Shown in pieces: positions 18,406 to 27,205 of a stretch of DNA of 33,698 nt. Position 1 is the stretch's first letter. Every line of letters begins with the position of its first letter. Position numbers and translations under genes: made by a program. Source of the DNA: Polyangiaceae bacterium. GTDB taxonomy: Bacteria > Myxococcota_A > Polyangia > Polyangiales > Polyangiaceae. The notes beneath the pieces were generated by a model, which saw nothing but the letters and a program-made list of their open reading frames with translations, made no database searches and was not told the DNA's origin. The stretch is from the NCBI GenBank assembly GCA_033763455.1, contig JANRKO010000068.1:1-33698 (forward strand), read 5' to 3'.

Positions 18406-19515
18406 GTGGCCAAGGGCCGGGTGCTTATAGTGGACGATTCCGTGGTGGTCCGGCGCCTTTTGTCGGACGTCATCACGGAGTCGAGTGAGCTTGTAGTGGC
18501 AGGAATTGCCGCCAACGGCAGGATTGCGCTCGGTCGCATCCCACAAGTGAATCCCGACATTGTCGTGCTGGACGTAGAAATGCCCGAACTCGACGGCCTG
18601 CAGACGCTGGTGGAAATTCGGAAGCTGTATCCACGGCTGCCCGTTGTCATGTTCAGCTCCCTAACCGAACGCGGTGCGGCCACCACGTTGGAGGCCCTCA
18701 CAGGCGGTGCCAGCGACTACGTGACCAAGCCTACCTCGCTCGGAGGACAAGGTTCCGCGTCCGACCAAGTGCGAAGCCAGTTGATCCCCAAGCTGCTCGC
18801 ACTTTGCGGCAACCGGGTGAAGGTGGACGCCCCAAGCGCCCGCCCGTTCCCCACCTTGGGCGCGCCGCAACGTGCGATCCTGTCACCGGTGGAGATTGTT
18901 GTAATAGGCACGTCCACCGGGGGGCCGAACGCTCTCGGGGAGTTGCTTCCGCGGCTTCCAGCGGACTTCCCAGTTCCGATTTTGGTAACTCAACACATGC
19001 CGCCCATGTTTACCCGGCTGCTCGCGGAGCGTTTGAACTCAAAGTGCCAGCTCGCCGTACGCGAAGCGCAGGCCGGAGAGCTGCTTGCGCCAGGAACCAT
19101 TTGGATCGCCCCAGGGGATTTTCACCTAGGCCTTGAACGCAGTGAATCTGAAACGGTGCTGACAATCAACCAGGACCCACCAGAGAACGGCTGCCGCCCG
19201 GCAGTTGACAGCATGTTTCGATCGGCAGCCGCGCTCTATGGTGGTAAGATGCTCGCGGTGGTGCTGACAGGCATGGGCCAGGATGGGGCCCGGGGGGCAG
19301 AACAGATTCGAGAGTTGGGTGGCCAGGTGTTCGCCCAGGACGAGGAAACATCGGTCGTCTGGGGTATGCCTGGAGCGGTCGTTCGCAATCAGCTTGCGCA
19401 CAAAGTGCTGCCGCTCCAAGCCATGGCACAAGCGATTTGCGACGCTGTCAGTCTTTCCCTCAAGAGGGAATCGCCAGTCAGCGCAAACAGGAGCGAGCTT
19501 GCCAATGGACGCTGA
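18406..19515 (+). CDS. cheB: Chemotaxis methylesterase CheB (REC + esterase)
   Basis: LDVEMP receiver, with the catalytic motifs GTSTGG, QHMP and LTGMGQDG all intact. Confidence 0.97.
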   Translation: MAKGRVLIVDDSVVVRRLLSDVITESSELVVAGIAANGRIALGRIPQVNPDIVVLDVEMPELDGLQTLVEIRKLYPRLPVVMFSSLTERGAATTLEALTGGASDYVTKPTSLGGQGSASDQVRSQLIPKLLALCGNRVKVDAPSARPFPTLGAPQRAILSPVEIVVIGTSTGGPNALGELLPRLPADFPVPILVTQHMPPMFTRLLAERLNSKCQLAVREAQAGELLAPGTIWIAPGDFHLGLERSESETVLTINQDPPENGCRPAVDSMFRSAAALYGGKMLAVVLTGMGQDGARGAEQIRELGGQVFAQDEETSVVWGMPGAVVRNQLAHKVLPLQAMAQAICDAVSLSLKRESPVSANRSELANGR

Positions 19516-20335
19516 CACACTCCACTTCGTCCGAGACTTAGTGCGACGGCGTTCGGCGATTGTGCTCGATCACGGAAAGGAATACCTGATTGAGGCACGG
19601 CTTGGCCCGGTGGCTCGTGATGAGGGTTACGATTCGATTGGTGCTCTGGTTGGCGCCCTAAAGACAATGCCTTTCGGCGACTTGCACGGCAAAGTCATCG
19701 AAGCGATGACGACGAACGAGACGTCTTTTTTTCGGGACGTGCACCCTTTCGAGGCCCTCAGACAAATTGTGCTCCCAGAGGTGTTGGCGAAACGCCGAAC
19801 AAGTCGCCGACTGAACATCTGGTGTGGTGCATCTTCCACGGGGCAAGAACCCTACACAATTGCCATGGTGCTTCGGGAGTACTTTCCGGAACTCGTAGAT
19901 TGGCAGGTTAAGATTATCGCGACGGATCTTTCGATAGCTGTGTTGGAGCGAGCCAGGGAAGGGCGCTATCGCCAGCTCGAGGTAAATCGCGGATTGCCAG
20001 CGCATTTCCTGCTCCGTTACTTTGATCGAATTGGCCCCGAGTGGCAGGTGAAGCCAGCCGTTCGAGAACTCGTCGAATTCTGTCCGCTAAATCTAATTGA
20101 GCCCTGGCCCACGATGCCAGAAGTGGCAGTGGTCTTCCTGCGGAACGTTCTCATCTATTTTGACGTCGAAACTAAGAGGCACATCTTGGCGGGGGTGCGA
20201 AAGGTTCTCGCCCCCGATGGCGTGTTATTTCTAGGGGGCGCCGAAACGACAATGAACATCGACCCTAAATTTGATCGCATCGAAGCGACCAAGTCGAGTT
20301 GCTACCGCGTACGCGGCGAATCAAGAGGTGCATAA
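19505..20335 (+). CDS. cheR: Chemotaxis methyltransferase CheR
   Basis: TTNETSFFRD, IWCGASSTGQEPYTIAM, ATDLS, RNVLIYFD and LFLGGAE. The real start is ATG 19505, overlapping the cheB end; the ORF track extends to 19283. Confidence 0.96.
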   Translation: MDADTLHFVRDLVRRRSAIVLDHGKEYLIEARLGPVARDEGYDSIGALVGALKTMPFGDLHGKVIEAMTTNETSFFRDVHPFEALRQIVLPEVLAKRRTSRRLNIWCGASSTGQEPYTIAMVLREYFPELVDWQVKIIATDLSIAVLERAREGRYRQLEVNRGLPAHFLLRYFDRIGPEWQVKPAVRELVEFCPLNLIEPWPTMPEVAVVFLRNVLIYFDVETKRHILAGVRKVLAPDGVLFLGGAETTMNIDPKFDRIEATKSSCYRVRGESRGA

Positions 20336-20784
20336 TGGACTTAAATTCTGCGGACCTGCGTGAAGTCATTGAAACAGTGTGGGTAGCTGCCGTCGGCCTC
20401 GATGTGTTAGGGCCCGAGGGCTCTATTCCGCCGCCGCCGCTGGGCTCCTTTTGCGGTTCCGTCCAAATAACTGGGGCGTATCGGGGCGCGGTAGCGGTGA
20501 GCCTGAGCGAGCGCCTCGCTCGACGCGCCGCGGGCGCGATGTTCGACACCGCACCTGAATCAATCAGCCCTGAGGATCTGAAAGATGCTCTCGGAGAAAT
20601 CGCCAACATGACCGGGGGCAACGTGAAAGCCTTGCTTCCCGGTCCCTCGCAGCTCTCGCTGCCTCAGGTCGTATCGGGTACAGCTTACACCGTCAGCACG
20701 CCGGGCTCGATGATCGTTCAGGAAGTTGCATTTCAGGTGATGGGTGAGCAGATCCTGGTGCACCTCCTCGAAGCAAGAAGTTAG
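20335..20784 (+). CDS. cheX: CheX-family phosphatase
   Basis: VQITGAYRG..DALGEIANMTGGNVKA..LSLP contains the ExxN motif. It is coupled to cheR by a TAATG overlap. Confidence 0.92.
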   Translation: MDLNSADLREVIETVWVAAVGLDVLGPEGSIPPPPLGSFCGSVQITGAYRGAVAVSLSERLARRAAGAMFDTAPESISPEDLKDALGEIANMTGGNVKALLPGPSQLSLPQVVSGTAYTVSTPGSMIVQEVAFQVMGEQILVHLLEARS

Positions 20785-20911
20785 ACATCGCTGGCGTCTA
20801 ACTCTCGAAGTTGCCGAATTACCAGTACTTGCGTACCCTCGACATTCTTGTTGCGCACCCCGCGTAAGGCGTGTGTTGTGGTGGAGTACCCAATTTTGCT
20901 AGGCCAAGCGG

Positions 20912-22729
20912 GTGCCCGGGGACGCCAACAGCAAACACGCTGAGCCGACAGCAAGCCCCCATCCCTTAGCCACGCCTGAACGCGTCAGTTTGCTAGGAAA
21001 GCTAGCAGAAGCGTCACCCGTTGGCCTTTACTGGATCGAAGCCGGGCGCTGCACTTTCGTGAATCCGGCACTTTGCACCATTACCGGGCTCGCGCGTACA
21101 GCAGCCCTAAGCGGCGGTTGGTATCAAGCGGTTCATCCGGAAGATTTGGCGAGAGCTCGCGCGGAGTGGCTCGCGGCCGCGGGGTCAGGGCAGACATTTT
21201 CGTCCGAATACCGCTGCGTGCATCCTGACGGCCGCATAGTGTGGGTTCTCAGCCAAGCCCGATGCGTTGATAGCGCCAACAGCACTTACGTGGGAACACT
21301 GACCGATATCTCCGCGCGCAAACGCATCGAACAAGTACTGCGTGAGCGGGAGCAACAGCTCAACGCCGCGCAGAGGCTTGCCAACATGGGCAGTTGGGAG
21401 CAGGACCTGAGGACCGATGTTGTAAGTTACAGCGAACAAGTTGCAGCGATTTTTGAGCTCAATTCCGCGGAATTGCCGCCTTCAGAGGCCGGCCTTCTCA
21501 GCCGCGTGCACCCAGAAGATCGGGGGCTCGTGTCTCGAACGCACGCCGAAGCACTCGCGAGTCGGAAACCCTACCGGCTTGAACATCGCCTCCAAATGGC
21601 GGACGGTCGAGTTAAACATGTCGAACGACACGGCGAGCTTGCCTTCGACGAAAGCGGGCAACCAAGGTCGCTGCGTACCACAATTCAAGACGTAACCCAG
21701 CAGCGAAATGCCACGCTGAAGCTGGAGGCAAGCGAGGCTCGCTACCACTCTATGGTTGCAGCGCTCTCCGAAGGCATCGTGGTCTATGAGCAGGGCGGCA
21801 TAGCCACCACCTGGAATCGGGCTGCGGAACACATTTTGGGTTCGCCCGAAGGACCCTTCCAGCTTGTTCCGGTGGGTGCAACCTGGCCCGCATTCCATCC
21901 TGATGGCACCGAATTCACGCGCGAAACCCACCCCATACTTCGAGTGTTGCAGAGTGGGGTTCCCGAAGCCAACGTGGTCATGGGGGTTCATGTAGCCAAC
22001 CACGAACTTAGGTGGCTCACGATCAACGTCGTGCCGATTATCGATCCCGGGAGCGTGACGCCGGTATCGGTCGTCGCCTCATTCGTCGACATCACCGAGC
22101 GCCTCAAAGCCGAGCGCGGTGTCCGGCAGTCTTTGGCTGAAAATCGACTGCTTTTGAGCGAGCTCCATCATCGGATGAAGAACAATCTCCAGGTCGTTTC
22201 GAGCCTACTCAAGTGGCAGGCCGCTCGGACGCAGGACCCAAACGCTCAAGCCTTGTTCGACGAGAGTTACGAGCGGGTTCGGTCCATCGCGACGGTGCAT
22301 CAACTGCTGAGCGCCAACAACCACAACCGGGTCGATTTCAAGTCCTACCTGCGTCTCATGACGGCGGAACTCGTGAGTGCGCATCGCTCACCCGGGCTCC
22401 AGGTCGAGGTCGTTGTGAGTGCGGAAGGAGTCCTTCTTGACATCCGGGAGGCTGTCCCGTGTGGCCTGATCGTCAACGAGTTGGTCACGAACGCTATCAA
22501 ACATGCGTTTCCCATTGGGAGATCCGGCAAAGTTACTATTTCCATGACTTCGAACGCCGAACTGACCATCCTCGAGGTGGCTGACGATGGCGTCGGGCTC
22601 CCCGAAGACGTGGATTTGGACGCTCCCAAAACGTTGGGCCTTACGCTCGTAAAAGCGCTCAGCCAGCAGTTGTCGGCAAGGCTCCACGTCGCGCGCGGGC
22701 ACGGTACGCGCTTCACCCTAACCTTCTAA
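20912..22729 (+). CDS. Soluble PAS x3 sensor histidine kinase of the HisKA_2 (HWE-superfamily) type
   Basis: Three PAS/PAC domains (VHPED motifs), H-box ELHHRMKNNLQ, NELVTNAIKHAF, DDGVG and TLGL. Confidence 0.93.
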   Translation: MPGDANSKHAEPTASPHPLATPERVSLLGKLAEASPVGLYWIEAGRCTFVNPALCTITGLARTAALSGGWYQAVHPEDLARARAEWLAAAGSGQTFSSEYRCVHPDGRIVWVLSQARCVDSANSTYVGTLTDISARKRIEQVLREREQQLNAAQRLANMGSWEQDLRTDVVSYSEQVAAIFELNSAELPPSEAGLLSRVHPEDRGLVSRTHAEALASRKPYRLEHRLQMADGRVKHVERHGELAFDESGQPRSLRTTIQDVTQQRNATLKLEASEARYHSMVAALSEGIVVYEQGGIATTWNRAAEHILGSPEGPFQLVPVGATWPAFHPDGTEFTRETHPILRVLQSGVPEANVVMGVHVANHELRWLTINVVPIIDPGSVTPVSVVASFVDITERLKAERGVRQSLAENRLLLSELHHRMKNNLQVVSSLLKWQAARTQDPNAQALFDESYERVRSIATVHQLLSANNHNRVDFKSYLRLMTAELVSAHRSPGLQVEVVVSAEGVLLDIREAVPCGLIVNELVTNAIKHAFPIGRSGKVTISMTSNAELTILEVADDGVGLPEDVDLDAPKTLGLTLVKALSQQLSARLHVARGHGTRFTLTF

Positions 22730-22751
22730 ATCGCTGCCGGAACGCCGAGGT

Positions 22752-23510
22752 TTATGGGCGTTTCACCGGTTCCGGAGCGTCGTGCCCGGCGAGTTTTCCC
22801 AAGAGCGCAACTTGAGACCGCACGTTGAGCTTGCCGAAAATGCTCTTCATGTGGTTGCGGACCGTGTTGGTGGATAGCCCAAGCTTAACGGCAATATCTG
22901 GGAGAGTGTACCCAACTGCCAACAATCGAACAACATCCCTCTCGCGCGGAGATAACCGTTCCCAATCTTCGGGTGGGAGCCGCGCGACAGACGCTTCTCT
23001 GGATACAGAGTCTACGCCTCTTGCATTCGAACCTTGGCCCACGGCATCCATGCCAACAGCCGACTCAAGCGCCTGCATCGCTTCGAGCATTGCGGAAGTC
23101 TGCTCTCGCGTTTCTCTGAGCAACCGTAGGCTGCGGCCTTTCCACACAGCCGCTTCCACCCGTTGAATCACGTCTTCCGGGGAAACCGGTTTGGAGAGGT
23201 AGTCGACCACACCGAGACGTAGCGCTTCCACCGCGGTGGCGATCGTCGGGATGCCCGTAATGAGGACGGTGGGCACTCGCATTTCTTTGCTCCTCAAGGT
23301 CAACTCCAGGCTCTCGTTGCCCGGCATATTGATATCCGCGACCACGGCGTCGTAAGCAGACACAGACAGCTCCTTTGCCGCAGAATGGCCATCTTTGACC
23401 GCGTTTACGTAAAAGCCGTGGCTTCTTAGGACACCGGATATGCCCTTTAGTACTGCTGGGTCGTCGTCGGCCACTAGCACTCGCCCGCGCTCGGTTTCAC
23501 TGATTGTCAT
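22752..23510 (-). CDS. Response regulator, REC + LuxR HTH (FixJ-like)
   Basis: VLVADDD, ADINMPG, LITG, YLSKP, and LSPRERDV..TVRNHMKSIFGKL. The start is placed at ATG 23510, overlapping the upstream kinase stop. Confidence 0.92.
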   Translation of the reverse strand: MTISETERGRVLVADDDPAVLKGISGVLRSHGFYVNAVKDGHSAAKELSVSAYDAVVADINMPGNESLELTLRSKEMRVPTVLITGIPTIATAVEALRLGVVDYLSKPVSPEDVIQRVEAAVWKGRSLRLLRETREQTSAMLEAMQALESAVGMDAVGQGSNARGVDSVSREASVARLPPEDWERLSPRERDVVRLLAVGYTLPDIAVKLGLSTNTVRNHMKSIFGKLNVRSQVALLGKLAGHDAPEPVKRP

Positions 23511-25500
23511 CGAAATTCTCCTGCGGAGGGCTGGGATGCCCTTGCACCATGTCGCGAGCGTCAAGCCGCTTACGGATGGCGTCCAACAGTACCCCAGCCG
23601 AGATTGGCTTGTCTAAGATAGGTTCGCGGGTGATGCCAGGTCCCAGGTTGGGAAGAGGATCGCCGGAACTCCGTAAGAAGATAACCGGCATTTGTGGGCG
23701 AACTAGATTGAGTTGCTGTACATCCTCGACGCTAAGCGCCATTCGACCCAGCGCCAATTCGGCGAGTAGCAGGTCCACCTTTTCTCCGCTTCTCAGAACT
23801 CGGAATGCAGCGTTGGGGGTGTCTGCTATATGCGTCACGTAACCGTAACTCCCGAGCACTTGCGCAAGAGCCCGAGAGACATCCGTGTCCCCGTCTAGGA
23901 TCAAAATGGCTTCGTTCCCGTGGCGCCTGGCGGCGACAGGCGACTCGTTCTGTTCGCACGTCGCCACTGACTGCGTGAGCGGAAGCAGCACTTCAAGTGT
24001 TGCGCTCTGCCCTGGCTGGCTACAAAGCCGGGCGTCCCCACCGGAATCCCTTGCGAGCATGCGTACGGTGGAAAGCCCGAGCCCTGTGCCAAAACCTCGA
24101 GGTTTCGTAGTAAAAAACGGCTCAAACATCCTCATTGCTACCTCAGGCGTGACGCCCTGGCCGGTATCACTCACCCGCAGCCGTGCGTAAGCTCCTGGCC
24201 TGAGAAGCAGTGGCTCTAAGCCTGCATCACCAAGGCTCACGGCATCGCTCCGGATAACAAGTTCACCTCCAAACGGCATCGCATCGCGACCGTTTGTTAC
24301 CAGGTTCATCAAGATGAGTTCAATGAGGGTTGGATCCACCCGGATTCGTCCTGCACTATCCGAAAGCTCTAATCGAAGAGTGATGTTGCGGGGCAACAGG
24401 TGGCGAAGCAGCGGTTCGACTCCGACAATGAGATCGTTAGTGCTCACGATTTCGAGCCTTTCCGATGCGTGACGGCAGAATCCCAGCAGCTGCCGACAAA
24501 GCGCCGCTCCGCGATCGCTAGCTGCCGAAAGATCGGCGAGGAGCGCCAGTGCCCCCGGGGCCGCACCCACCTTAAGGAGGTATGTGCTGCTTTGAATGGC
24601 GGTTAGCACATTGTTAAAATCGTGAGCTACAGAAGCGGCCAGCCTTCCGACGACCTCCATCTTCTGGGCCTGCGCGAATTGTTCCTCTAGTGCCTTTCTC
24701 TCAGTCACATCGCGGATGCAGGCGGTCAACACCTCGTCCCCTTCTATGATTGCCTTTGAAATAGTTATTTCTGCGGGGAACAGCCCGCCGCCCTTGCGGC
24801 GCCCCATGACTTCTCGGCGCCGAGCCATGACTCGCTCGGTTTCGCCGCCGGCCCTAAACCGTTGAAACTCAAGCTCATGCTGTGCCACATTTTCCACGGG
24901 CAAAAGCTCGCTGAGTGGTTGGCCAAGCATATCCTGAGCTGATGCCTCAAATACGGTTTCGGCGCCTCGATTGAAGGCCGTGATGCGCCCGTCGCTGTCC
25001 ACGCTCACGACTGCATCGTGGCAATGGTCCAGAACGATGCGGGTATGGGCCTCGGCGCGCCGCTGGGCGGCCTCTGCGCGCGCACGCGCCTGGCTGGCTT
25101 GGTGCCGCGACAGAGCCAGGCGCACAGTAACAGCCAGCGACTTGGTCTCAAAGGGCTTGAGTACATAAGCATCAGGTTCGCTGCTCAAAGCTCGAGCCAG
25201 CGTGTGCTCGTCGGAGTGCGCGGTCACAAACACGATGGGCACATCCAGACTCTTCCTAATCTCCACCGCCGCCGCCGCCCCGTCGATGCTCCCGAGAAGT
25301 TGCACGTCCATCAGGATGATGCTCGGCGAAGTGGCGAGTGCCAACTCAACTGTGTCCTCACCCGTTCGCGTTGGCCCCAACACTTGATAACCCAAGTGTC
25401 TGAAGTGTGCACACAGCTCAAGCGCTATGACCGCCTCGTCTTCTGCAATGAGAATGCTAGTGGCTGCTCTATCTCCCTCGTGACCAAGCATCGTCTGCAC
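23497..25500 (-). CDS. Hybrid histidine kinase REC-PAS-HisKA-HATPase-(pseudo)REC
   Basis: N-terminal REC (AEDE, LMDV, LKPF), FixL-like PAS, VAHDFNN H-box, NLVTNGRDAM, DTGQG, EPFFTTK and GTGLGL. The C-terminal receiver has Glu in place of the phospho-Asp (LLAELAL). The start may be GTG 25500 or ATG 25491. Confidence 0.92.
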   Translation of the reverse strand: MQTMLGHEGDRAATSILIAEDEAVIALELCAHFRHLGYQVLGPTRTGEDTVELALATSPSIILMDVQLLGSIDGAAAAVEIRKSLDVPIVFVTAHSDEHTLARALSSEPDAYVLKPFETKSLAVTVRLALSRHQASQARARAEAAQRRAEAHTRIVLDHCHDAVVSVDSDGRITAFNRGAETVFEASAQDMLGQPLSELLPVENVAQHELEFQRFRAGGETERVMARRREVMGRRKGGGLFPAEITISKAIIEGDEVLTACIRDVTERKALEEQFAQAQKMEVVGRLAASVAHDFNNVLTAIQSSTYLLKVGAAPGALALLADLSAASDRGAALCRQLLGFCRHASERLEIVSTNDLIVGVEPLLRHLLPRNITLRLELSDSAGRIRVDPTLIELILMNLVTNGRDAMPFGGELVIRSDAVSLGDAGLEPLLLRPGAYARLRVSDTGQGVTPEVAMRMFEPFFTTKPRGFGTGLGLSTVRMLARDSGGDARLCSQPGQSATLEVLLPLTQSVATCEQNESPVAARRHGNEAILILDGDTDVSRALAQVLGSYGYVTHIADTPNAAFRVLRSGEKVDLLLAELALGRMALSVEDVQQLNLVRPQMPVIFLRSSGDPLPNLGPGITREPILDKPISAGVLLDAIRKRLDARDMVQGHPSPPQENFDDNQ

Positions 25501-26060
25501 TTCGACTGGTAAACCATCTGGGCCCCTACGCCCCGCACCATTACCCTATCGTACTTTATCAAGGAAGATAGGTGGGGACCAGACGGGTTGCCGGCTGGTT
25601 TGTGGTAGTTGAGTCTTTCAAGCGTGCCCTACCGTAACGTTTGCTGTAGGGCCAATTACGTGCCTAGACGAACCGGTATGGTGGCAGTTCATCGAGCGGA
25701 GATTTCCTGGGAAAAATCTCGGATAGCGCCCTTGCGCGTCTAGCCAATTTTAGCCAACCCATCTTGGCCAACCTGCCGGAAAGGTAAGGAGAGACGCCCA
25801 ACCCGGGACAGGAATGACGCGCTGAACGTAGGAACGCGCGTCTTCTGACTGCACGATGGCTTCAACTGGGACCAACCCTCAAAGTCATCAACTAAGAATG
25901 AGCGCAGGCGGAGTGTGCCTGAGATCCCGCGGCACACTTACCCGGGCTACGCTCGACCCCGGACTGATGGTGCTAACCAGTGTGCGGCAGAGCTCTAGCT
26001 TCTGCGCTGAAAGCCCAATAACCGCGACACGTAGGCCGATGCGCCTCATCCGCTCCACTT

Positions 26061-27202
26061 ATGGGGACATTGCCTTCCAGTATGCCACGCGGCAGCCGAT
26101 GCCAAGCGCATCGAATGCGCGAGCCCGGGGAATATGCGTTGCCTTGCGATGAGCAACATGCCCACCGCAGCTGTCGCCCGGGCTGGGGCCCCGCGGTAGG
26201 CTGCGTAAACCAGATGTGCGTTGCGGGCAGTGGCTGCGTTGGAGTTTGTGAGCAAGGCGCCACGCTGTGCGGGCAGACTTGCAACGCAAGTGGGCAGTGG
26301 GCGGGCACGGCCTGCTCTTCCGGCGTTTGCCAAGGTGGAACGTGCTTCGCCCCGCCGAGCTGCAACGGACTTGCCACCAACTGCGGGCCAAACAGCGGCG
26401 AGAGTTGCTGCACAAGTCCTTTGCTATTCGGTGGAACCTACAATCGCAGCAACAACGCCACCTACCCGGCAACTGTGAGCGATTTCTTGCTGGATAAATA
26501 CGAGGTAACGGTAGGAAGATTTCGAAAATTCGTAGCCGCGTACAGCCAAAATATGATCGCAGCCGGGGCTGGCAAGAATACGAACAACCTTGCTGATGTA
26601 GGCTGGGATGCCGCCTGGAATCAAAGCCTACCCGCGAACTCAGCAGCCCTTTCGGATCAGCTAATGTCCAACTGCAACGCACCAACCTGGACGCCAAGCC
26701 CCGAGGTTAACGAAACCTTACCAATCAACTGCGTGAATTGGTTCGAGGCCCAAGCCTTCTGCATTTGGGACGGAGGAAGGCTTCCGACGGAGGCGGAGTG
26801 GAATTATGCGGCCGCGGGAGGCAACGAGCAGCGCAAGTACCCATGGGGCGCCACGGATCCGACGAGTGCGTTGGCGTGTACGGCTGCAACTATTTCTTGG
26901 ACGAGGCGGCAAGCTGCTCGCCTGCCCGAGTGGGATCGGTGGTCGCCGGAAACGGGAAATGGGGGCACGCAGATCTTGCTGGAAATGTGCCTGAATGGAC
27001 GTTGGATCGGAAAGATAACGCCAGCGATAACTATCCGCTGCCATGCAACAATTGCACGAATCTCGTCGCTCCGGCCTCACCCTTTGATAGGGCCCTCCGT
27101 GGCGGCTCTTACGATTCACCAGCGACTGCGATAACCTCAAGTGTTCGTGCCGGAGGCCCTTGGAGTGTCGGCGCTGGGCTTCGCTGTGCACGGGCGCGCT
27201 AA
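26061..27202 (+). pseudogene. Frameshifted formylglycine-generating-enzyme (SUMF1/EgtB/PvdO) domain protein with Cys-rich N-terminus
   Basis: One frame carries [27 protein letters not shown] and [16 protein letters not shown]. Another frame carries [14 protein letters not shown] and GLRCAR. The switch lies near 26876. The 5' boundary is uncertain. Confidence 0.8.
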
Positions 27203-27205
27203 GCC

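Noticed and set aside
19283..19504. N-terminal extensions given by the ORF track for cheR (also cheX from 20299, mcp from 15889, DUF1552 from 31204, enolase from 2029)
   Set aside because: They overlap neighbouring genes or lack family similarity. Downstream ATGs with coupling or SD motifs fit better.
26738..27202. Diversity-generating retroelement target or programmed frameshift in the FGE (C-type lectin fold) gene
   Set aside because: No reverse transcriptase, no template-repeat copy with adenine-specific differences and no slippery heptamer are present in the window.
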